NCBI GenBank assembly: GCA_014874265.1
Contig: JACWAM010000118.1
Coordinates: 1-59,004, forward strand
Origin: Thermoleophilia bacterium
Lineage (GTDB): Bacteria; Actinomycetota; Thermoleophilia; BMS3ABIN01
Direction: 5' to 3'
Length of the DNA stretch: 59,004 nucleotides
Part shown: in pieces, positions 52,297 to 59,004 of the stretch
Layout of the letters: every line of letters begins with the position of its first letter
How positions within the stretch are numbered: the first letter of the stretch is position 1
The notes under the pieces: model-generated
Databases searched by the model: none
Seen by the model: only the letters and a program-made list of their open reading frames with translations
What the model was told of the DNA's origin: nothing
Made by a program: the position numbers and the translations under genes

Positions 52297-52545
52297 TAAC
52301 CTGCCTCCAACATCAAAGAGTTATTTTAAAAAATCACATTCATAGCAGTATGGTCGCCAAAACTGGGGAAAACGCAAATTTCCCTCGAAACGGGAGGGAT
52401 TTTCTCCATGCTTCCTGTGGGAAGGCCGGCGGAAAAAAAGCCCGTCCAGAGGATAACATTGATCAAACCCGTCGTGGTAAAAAAAGTGGGGAAAAATAAG
52501 GCAAATTTAAACAGGATTTCCCCGCCTTATTCACAACCTTTTTAT
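52297..52545. other. oriC, dnaA-dnaN part: degenerate DnaA boxes plus probable DnaA-trio/unwinding region
   Basis: TTATTCACA at 52527-52535 and TGGGGAAAA-type boxes. The minus strand reads TTTTCCCCA..GGCGACCA-TAC-TGC-TAT, then an AT-rich run at about 52320-52372. Confidence 0.75.
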
Positions 52546-53901
52546 CTACCGCGTGTTCTTCAGCTTGGAGGTAAGCTGCTGCACCCGAGTATATACTTCC
52601 CGCTCTTGTTTAATAAGCTTGGCGATCTTATTGACGGCATAAAGTACAGTTGAGTGATCGCGTCCGCCAAACTTCCTGCCGATATGCGGCAAAGAAGAAT
52701 CGGTCAGTTCCCGGCACAGGTACATAGCGATCTGACGGGGATAGACAATGCTCTGGCTTCGCTTGTCGCCCTTGAGATCACTCATGGAGATGCCGAAAGT
52801 GCGGCAGATTTCATTCTGGATCATGTCGATGGTGATTCTTGTTTCCATGTTTGCCGGCAGCAGATTTTTCAGTGCTTCCTTGGCTAGCGGCAAGGAAATC
52901 TCCGTGCGCGTCAGGGAGGCAAGCGCGACGACGCGGATCAAAGCTCCTTCGAGCTCGCGAATGTTTGAGGGAACACCACCTGCGATAAAACCTAGCACTT
53001 CATCAACAGACGTTTCCGGGATGACAATTCCGTCTGCTTTCACCTTCTTTTTCAGGATGGCGATACGGGTCTCGATATCGGGAGGTTGAATATCAGTAAT
53101 CAACCCCGATTCAAAACGGCTGCGAAGCCTCTCCTCAAGGGTGGCGATCTCCTTGGGAGGCCGGTCGCTGGCAATGGCAATCTGGTTGCCGGCCTCGTAT
53201 AAAGTATTGAAAGTATGAAAAAATTCTTCCTGCGTTCCTTCCTTATCTTCCAGAAACTGGATGTCGTCAATGAGAAGGATGTCGTTGTTACGGTACTTGC
53301 GCTTGAAGCTCTCCATCTTCTTGTCCATGACCGAGTTGATAAAATCATTGGTAAACATTTCCGTCGTCATGTACTTGACTGACATCTCAGGGTTGTTAGT
53401 AGCGGCATAGTGGCCGATCGCCTGCAGTAGATGCGTCTTGCCTAAGCCAACGCCGCCGTAGATGAACAAGGGATTGTAGGCACGCGCGGGCGCTTCGGCA
53501 ACTGCGAGCGCGGCTGCATGAGAGAAACGGTTGCTGGACCCGATGACAAAACTGTCAAAAGTATATTTTGGATTAAGTTCTTTGAGAATCGCCGGCTCGG
53601 AGACGGGGGGGAGGGGAATGGGAGCCGCCGGCTCTCTGGGATTGTCGGCGCGAGGCGGGACTACCACCAGCCGCACCGGCATTTCCTCGCCCAGGACCTC
53701 CTGCAGAGAATCTTCAATTAGAGGCATGAACCGGCTTTCAATGCGGCTTTTGGTAAAGTCATTCGGCACCGAGAGGAGAAACGTATTTTCCTCCATCCCG
53801 GCCGCATCGGCTCTTTCAAACCAGATCTCGTAGGCAGAGGTGCTGAGCGTCTCGCGGATTGATTCCTTGGCGCGGCGCCAGATGGTTTGTGGTTGTTCCA
53901 T
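52546..53901 (-). CDS. dnaA: Chromosomal replication initiator DnaA
   Basis: [32 protein letters not shown]. Confidence 0.99.
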   Translation of the reverse strand: MEQPQTIWRRAKESIRETLSTSAYEIWFERADAAGMEENTFLLSVPNDFTKSRIESRFMPLIEDSLQEVLGEEMPVRLVVVPPRADNPREPAAPIPLPPVSEPAILKELNPKYTFDSFVIGSSNRFSHAAALAVAEAPARAYNPLFIYGGVGLGKTHLLQAIGHYAATNNPEMSVKYMTTEMFTNDFINSVMDKKMESFKRKYRNNDILLIDDIQFLEDKEGTQEEFFHTFNTLYEAGNQIAIASDRPPKEIATLEERLRSRFESGLITDIQPPDIETRIAILKKKVKADGIVIPETSVDEVLGFIAGGVPSNIRELEGALIRVVALASLTRTEISLPLAKEALKNLLPANMETRITIDMIQNEICRTFGISMSDLKGDKRSQSIVYPRQIAMYLCRELTDSSLPHIGRKFGGRDHSTVLYAVNKIAKLIKQEREVYTRVQQLTSKLKNTR

Positions 53902-53984
53902 CAAGGGCTCCTGTTTTTATGTGTTATCAGAAAAAAGCTCCCTAGCGGTGCACGGGGCGTGGGCATCAGTCACCGATGTCCTTA

Positions 53985-54237
53985 ATATCCACAACTAGGA
54001 AGAAGCGCCGCTGGAGGATGTGGGCGAAATTTTACAAGCCGACGCAGAAGAAAACAAGATGGAAGAAGAGGGGTCCACCAGGGAAGTTATCCACAGTCTC
54101 TGTGGAAAATTCTGGTGGGAAATATTCGCAAAAAGCGGCGAAAAAGGAACCATGAAAGAATGTGAAAAATACGTTTATTTGCAGGAAGAAAAACTAATTT
54201 ATCAATTTATCCACAGGTGTTGAAAGTCTGTGGAGAA
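53985..54237. promoter_or_regulatory. DnaA box cluster upstream of dnaA (oriC part / autoregulation)
   Basis: TTATCCACA at 54087 and 54207, ATATCCACA at 53985, TGTGGAAAA at 54101, TGTGGAGAA at 54229. Confidence 0.85.
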
Positions 54238-54373
54238 AAAAATGCCGCTGCCGGCCCGGTATCCAGAATTGACGACGGATTTCCGCAGGGAAAAGGAATT
54301 TTAATGTCCGGCTAGAAGAAATAGCGGCAGGAGTGTCCTCCAGGCGGAATTCCGCGCTAACCGGGAGAGTCAC

Positions 54374-55186
54374 GTGACGACAATTTTAGTCTTTGCCAAT
54401 CAAAAGGGCGGGGTTGCCAAGACCACCTCGACCCTGAATACTGGTGTTGCCCTGCGGGAGATGAATCACAAGGTTTTGGCGGTGGACCTGGATCCCCAGG
54501 GAAATCTCTCCATGAGTCAGGGAATCGATCCGGATTCGTTGACAAATAGCATGTACAACGTGCTCATCCAGCGCGAATCGATCGACGGTATAATTCAGAG
54601 GCGAGAAATTGAGGTGGCGCCTGCGAGTATTGATCTTGCCGGCGCGGAGCTGGCTCTCTCGAGCGCAATCGGCCGCGAACGGGCCCTTGAGAAGGCGTTG
54701 ATGGAAGTAAAGCACCGCTACGATTTCATCCTGATTGACACGCCGCCGTCCTTGGGACTTTTAACCATCAATGCTTTTACCGCGGCCGACGGCGTCATCG
54801 TGCCGGTGCAGTGCGAGTATCTTTCTCTCAGAGGGCTGGCACAGCTGGAGAAAACACTGGAGATGATTCGGGAGAACCTCAACCCGCACGTCGAGATCAA
54901 AGGCATCTTGCCGACCATGTTCGATGCGCGGACCGTCCACGGCCGCGAGGCGATTGAGATCCTCCGGGACAGCTTCGGCGGCCTCGTCTTTAATACCGTG
55001 GTGAGAAAAACAATAAAGTTTGCGGAAGCTCCGGTTCAAGGCCGTTCAATCCTGTCATACGAGCCGGAGGGGAAAGCCGCGGAGACCTACCGTACCCTGG
55101 CAAAGGAGTTGCTAAATGGGAACACGAGCCAGCATGAGGAAAGGCGTTTTAGCGAGCCTCTTCCAGTCCACGGAGCATATATCTGA
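54374..55186 (+). CDS. parA: ParA/Soj family ATPase
   Basis: NQKGGVAKTT, DLDPQGN, DTPPSLG, PVQCEY, EAP..G. Confidence 0.93.
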   Translation: MTTILVFANQKGGVAKTTSTLNTGVALREMNHKVLAVDLDPQGNLSMSQGIDPDSLTNSMYNVLIQRESIDGIIQRREIEVAPASIDLAGAELALSSAIGRERALEKALMEVKHRYDFILIDTPPSLGLLTINAFTAADGVIVPVQCEYLSLRGLAQLEKTLEMIRENLNPHVEIKGILPTMFDARTVHGREAIEILRDSFGGLVFNTVVRKTIKFAEAPVQGRSILSYEPEGKAAETYRTLAKELLNGNTSQHEERRFSEPLPVHGAYI

Positions 55187-56240
55187 AGATTTAAGCATCG
55201 AGGAAAAAAGGCCGGCGCCGCGGGAAACCACATCTCCACGGCGGGAAGAAGCTTACATTGCGGCCATCAAGGTAGTCGGAGTCGGCGGTGGGGGAACCAA
55301 TGCTGTCAACAGGATGGTGCGCGCCGGCATCAGGGGCGTGGAGTTTGTAGCTGTCAATACTGACGCTCAGTCGCTGGCAATGTGCGAGGCCGACGTGAAG
55401 ATACACGTCGGTGGCGAACTGACTCGCGGCCTGGGCGGGGGCGCCGACCCCAAAGTGGGCATCGAGGCGATGGAGCGCAGCCGCGATGAAGTCAAACAGG
55501 TGCTCCGCGGCGCGGATCTCGTTTTCGTCACCGCCGGTGAAGGGGGCGGCACCGGCACCGGGGCGGCGCCGGTAATTGCCGCGGCGGCCCGCGAGAGCGG
55601 CGCGCTGACGGTCGGAATCGTCACCCGGCCGTTCAGTTTTGAAGGAACCAGGCGCAACATCCAGGCGGAAGAGGGAATCCGCCGCCTGCGCGAAGCCTCT
55701 GACACCGTAATTATTGTTCCCAACGACAGGCTGCTCCAGGTGGTTGAGCCGGGCACCAGCCTGCTGGACGCCTTTGCCGTGGCGGACGACGTGCTCCGGC
55801 AGGGCGTGCAGAGCATCTGCGACCTTATCAATCTTCCGGGACTTATCAACCTTGATTTTGCCGACGTCCGCACGATCATGCGCGGCGCCGGCAGCGCCCT
55901 GATGGGGATCGGCACAGCCGGCGGCGAGAACCGCGCCGTCGAGGCTGCCCGGCAGGCAATCGGGTCGCCGCTTCTGGAGACCTCGATCGAGGGAGCGAGG
56001 GGTATTCTGTTAAATGTGAAGGGAAGCGGCGACTGTGCCCTTTACGAAGCCAACGAGGCCGCCCAGGTTGTGGCGGAGGCCGCCACCGAGGACGCCAACA
56101 TCATCTTTGGCACAGTGGTTGACGAAAGCATGGGCGACATGATCCAGGTCACCGTCATCGCCACGGGATTTGATCGGGCACAGCCGGGCGAGAGGGAGCA
56201 GAGGGACGTATTCGAGATGCCCCATTTTCTCAACGGCTAG
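55116..56240 (+). CDS. ftsZ: Cell division GTPase FtsZ with N-terminal extension
   Basis: AAAGGAG RBS. GVGGGG.NA, NTDAQ, GGGTGTG, INLDFADV, VIATGF; C-terminal peptide FEMPHFL. Confidence 0.95.
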   Translation: MGTRASMRKGVLASLFQSTEHISEDLSIEEKRPAPRETTSPRREEAYIAAIKVVGVGGGGTNAVNRMVRAGIRGVEFVAVNTDAQSLAMCEADVKIHVGGELTRGLGGGADPKVGIEAMERSRDEVKQVLRGADLVFVTAGEGGGTGTGAAPVIAAAARESGALTVGIVTRPFSFEGTRRNIQAEEGIRRLREASDTVIIVPNDRLLQVVEPGTSLLDAFAVADDVLRQGVQSICDLINLPGLINLDFADVRTIMRGAGSALMGIGTAGGENRAVEAARQAIGSPLLETSIEGARGILLNVKGSGDCALYEANEAAQVVAEAATEDANIIFGTVVDESMGDMIQVTVIATGFDRAQPGEREQRDVFEMPHFLNG

Positions 56241-56309
56241 AGCAAATTCGCGAAAAACGACAACGCTCAAGCAGGGTAGCCTGCTCTCAGCGCGACGCCG
56301 GGCTCCTCG

Positions 56310-57512
56310 TCACACCAGGTATGCCAGCCCGCGGCGCGTTTTCCACAGGAAGTACTTTTCCAGCATCTGTTTGCCAAGGTCAGCCACCGGGATGGGAATC
56401 ATCAGCGCAAGCTGCCGCGGCTTCAGCAGGTGGTTGGACAGGATGACCACCTCCTTGTGGCCGGCGTCCAGGACGCACAGGCCAGGAATCTTGCCCCAGG
56501 GTTTAACCTTGAGCTCGCCGGCCTTGCCGCTTACCAGGCTGACGATGTTGCTCGCTGCGATCTTGGCGCTCTTCTCGGAGGGAAAGCCGGTCTTGGGCAT
56601 GCCCATCGGCACCGGTGTCGGCAAGCCCGCCACCGCCACGGCCAGGCCGGCCGCAAAGATGTTGCCGTACTTTTTGTGACGGAAACTGACGTCGACCGGG
56701 ATGAAACCCTTTTCGTCGCCCAGATCGCCGGAGGACTTAACAAACCCGGCGCCGTTGAACGGGGGCACGATCATCGAGTATTTAAAAGGAAGGCGGCGAC
56801 CATCCTTGAGCATAACCGTGTCCCCCGTAATCGTCTCAATCTCCGAGTTGGCGACATAGTTGATGTTGAACCTCTTCATGAATGTCTTCAGCATTGCCTC
56901 GCCGCCGGCCATGCCGCCGATGCCAAAGTGACCCAGAAACGGCTCGGGGGTGATCCAGGTGATGTCAACCTTGTCGCGGATTCCTCCCTTGCGCGCCGCG
57001 TATTCCAGGTTGAAAAGGAACTCATAGCCGGCGCCAATGCAACTGGCCCCCTGGCTGGCGCCGACGACCACCGGACCTGGGTCCTGGACCAGCTTTTCCC
57101 AGCCGCGTCGCGCCTCTTCCGCATGCCCCGGCGTGCAGATGGAGTAAGTGTTTCCGTCTGGCCCCAACCCTTCGATGAGGTCAAAGCGGAGGCTGACCCC
57201 GGAAGCAACCAGCAGGTAGTCGTAAGTGATTTCGCCTTCGCGAGTGTAAATTGTGTTGCTATCCGGGTCTACCCGTGTTACCTCGTCATGAACGAACTCG
57301 ACGCTGGCTTTTTCCAGAACCGGCTTCAGGGGGACGGTTATGTCCTTGACTTCGCGCCAGCCGAACGGGACCCAGATGAGAGAGGGAATGTAAACAAAGT
57401 TGGCTGACCGTGAGATGAGCACCACATCGTGCTCCGGACCCAGCTTGCGCCGGGCCTCCAGGGCGCCGGTGATCCCGGCAAAGTTTCCTCCAATTACGGC
57501 AATTTTCGCCAT
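56310..57512 (-). CDS. sqr: Sulfide:quinone oxidoreductase (type III-like)
   Basis: GG.FAG, SIC, SC.G..YE, PKTG, C..DAG. Confidence 0.85.
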   Translation of the reverse strand: MAKIAVIGGNFAGITGALEARRKLGPEHDVVLISRSANFVYIPSLIWVPFGWREVKDITVPLKPVLEKASVEFVHDEVTRVDPDSNTIYTREGEITYDYLLVASGVSLRFDLIEGLGPDGNTYSICTPGHAEEARRGWEKLVQDPGPVVVGASQGASCIGAGYEFLFNLEYAARKGGIRDKVDITWITPEPFLGHFGIGGMAGGEAMLKTFMKRFNINYVANSEIETITGDTVMLKDGRRLPFKYSMIVPPFNGAGFVKSSGDLGDEKGFIPVDVSFRHKKYGNIFAAGLAVAVAGLPTPVPMGMPKTGFPSEKSAKIAASNIVSLVSGKAGELKVKPWGKIPGLCVLDAGHKEVVILSNHLLKPRQLALMIPIPVADLGKQMLEKYFLWKTRRGLAYLV

Positions 57513-57769
57513 CGTCTTTCACTCGACCGCAAGGCGAATCTCCTTTTAAAAATGTTTTCACAAAGTCCGCAGAGCCTTGACCCCTTGGTAAGAAACGCGG
57601 CCGCAAGGGCCGCGCATCAGGGAATTCAGTGCCTTGCTGTTGGGGCTGAATCTAACTGCGTGCTGTCATCATTAAGACGATTCGCAAACGGGGAGGGTTC
57701 GAAAAATCGAAAACCCTAAGGGTTTAATGGGCCCGCGTGGAGACCCGGCCGGAGTCATTCCGAGGGGCG

Positions 57770-58006
57770 TCAGGGAAGCTCGACAACCACGCAGGTCATC
57801 GTCTGTGTCACCCCTTCAATTGACTGGATCTGGGAAACAACCTTGTTGCCCAGTTCGCTGATATCCAGACCCTCGATGTGAACGATGATGTCGTATGCTC
57901 CCGTGACCGCTTCGGCGCTCTTCACGCCGGGAATTTCCCGCATCTGGTGACGGGCGTCACCGGTCCGCCCCGGAGCGGCATTGACAAGCACGTATGCGGC
58001 TGCCAT
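57770..58006 (-). CDS. Stand-alone Lrp/AsnC ligand-binding domain protein
   Basis: AYVLVN, VTGAYDII, I..I.GV..T.T. Confidence 0.88.
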   Translation of the reverse strand: MAAAYVLVNAAPGRTGDARHQMREIPGVKSAEAVTGAYDIIVHIEGLDISELGNKVVSQIQSIEGVTQTMTCVVVELP

Positions 58007-58170
58007 TTTGACCCCTCCTTTCTCGAATTCATGGTTCGCCTACAGATAGCTCGGCCAAGAAAATATTTCCATAAAGTTCGGGGACGAAACTTTAGCCGCC
58101 GCAAGACCAATGACGTTAAAAAGAAAATAATGAGCAGGAGCGTGCTGCCCTTGGGTGCCGTCCCGGGTGT

Positions 58171-58671
58171 TCAGGCAGACTGGTTGAAGTCTTCGGGCGC
58201 GACGTTGTTGAGAAATTCGCGGAATTTTTCTACGACCTCATCCACAATTTCCTCCGAGTCTTCAACCTCGTGGTCAAACTCGATGGCGTTCTCTTCGATG
58301 AGCTGCTCCGAAGCAAAAATGGGGGCATTGGTTCTGACCGCCAGCGCCAGAGCATCGCTGGGGCGTGAATCGACATCGACATCGCCGCCGGCAAGCCGCA
58401 ACGTCAAAAGGGCGTAAAACGTGTTTTCCCGCAACTCGGTGACGGTTACCCTGAGAACTTCAGCATCCAGGTTGGAGATGATGGCGGTCATTAAATCGTG
58501 GGTCATCGGCCGCGGCAACTCGGTTCCCTGTAGCTTCATCAAGATGGCCGCTGCTTCTTGATGGCCGATCCAGATCGGGAGGAACTTATTGGCATCAGTT
58601 GTTTTGAGCAGAATGATCGGCTGTTTTCCGATCACATCAAAGCTGATACCGTAAAGAATCATTTCTATCAT
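58171..58671 (-). CDS. Bifunctional nuclease (DUF151) family protein
   Basis: LPIWIG..EA, RPMTHDL, DSRPSDA.ALA.R. Confidence 0.92.
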   Translation of the reverse strand: MIEMILYGISFDVIGKQPIILLKTTDANKFLPIWIGHQEAAAILMKLQGTELPRPMTHDLMTAIISNLDAEVLRVTVTELRENTFYALLTLRLAGGDVDVDSRPSDALALAVRTNAPIFASEQLIEENAIEFDHEVEDSEEIVDEVVEKFREFLNNVAPEDFNQSA

Positions 58672-58959
58672 GGCGCTAACCCTAGTATTTCATTATAGTG
58701 CAGAGCCCGAATCCATGCCAGACCATTATAATTAATTTCCCGTTTCTCGCATTAATGAAGCCAAGAATCTGTCTCAGCGAGCATATTCTGCTGGAACACG
58801 ATTGGAGGAGGGGCCAAGGGCAAGTTGTTGCAAGTTTATTTGCCAGCGTCCGCCGGCAGTATGCTAAACTACAGACTGCCGTAGTGCGCCTGCGCTTTTA
58901 AGCGAATGGATTTACGCTGCGGTATTTGTGTCCGGCATTCAGCACCCAGCGAACGTTTA

Positions 58960-59004
58960 GGGCGTATAGCTCAGTTGGTTAGAGCGCATCTCTGATAAGG
59001 ATGA
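58960..59004 (+). tRNA. tRNA-Ile(GAT), truncated by the window end
   Basis: GGGCGTATAGCTCAGTTGGTTAGAGCG-CATCT-CTGATAA-GGATG. Confidence 0.92.

Noticed and set aside
54369-54378. GTCACGTGAC palindrome over the parA start as a possible parS
   Set aside because: Only 9/16 match to TGTTTCACGTGAAACA, and no parB is nearby.
56430-57407. Long antisense ORFs (also 43552-44445, 46240-47043, 17962-18702, 29431-30102)
   Set aside because: Shadow ORFs of high-GC genes on the opposite strand, with no motifs or RBS.
57577-57590. TGACCCCTTGGTA upstream of sqr as a CstR operator
   Set aside because: Spacing and symmetry differ from the operator at 608-621; too weak to call.
58672-58959. rRNA operon before tRNA-Ile(GAT)
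   Set aside because: There is no 16S sequence upstream; the tRNA appears to have its own promoter region.

Overview
A GC-rich bacterial chromosome segment spanning the replication origin. The gene style suggests a deep-branching Actinomycetota lineage such as Thermoleophilia (inference). The right half holds dnaA-dnaN-recF-dciA(DUF721)-gyrB-gyrA on the minus strand, with DnaA boxes on both sides of dnaA, followed by a FAS-II cluster (fabZ-fabH-fabK-fabD-fabG-fabF-accD-accA). Divergent from dnaA, where rpmH-rnpA usually sits, is an overlapping parA-ftsZ pair; this FtsZ carries an N-terminal peptide resembling the ParA-activating arm of ParB. Then come sqr, a Lrp ligand-binding protein, a DUF151 nuclease and a truncated tRNA-Ile. 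The left half is more accessory: the start of an IS1595-like transposase, three ~140-bp MITEs that share its terminal repeat and carry palindromic cargo, a CstR-like repressor with its operator, and a selenocysteine-containing SelD with a SECIS-like hairpin. The most striking locus has two fluoride riboswitches in series. The first controls crcB-DUF190. The second controls a dynamin-like GTPase plus a six-gene hydrogenase-4-like (Ehr) membrane complex whose large subunit lacks all Ni-binding cysteines. All calls come from reading motifs by eye; no database searches were run.
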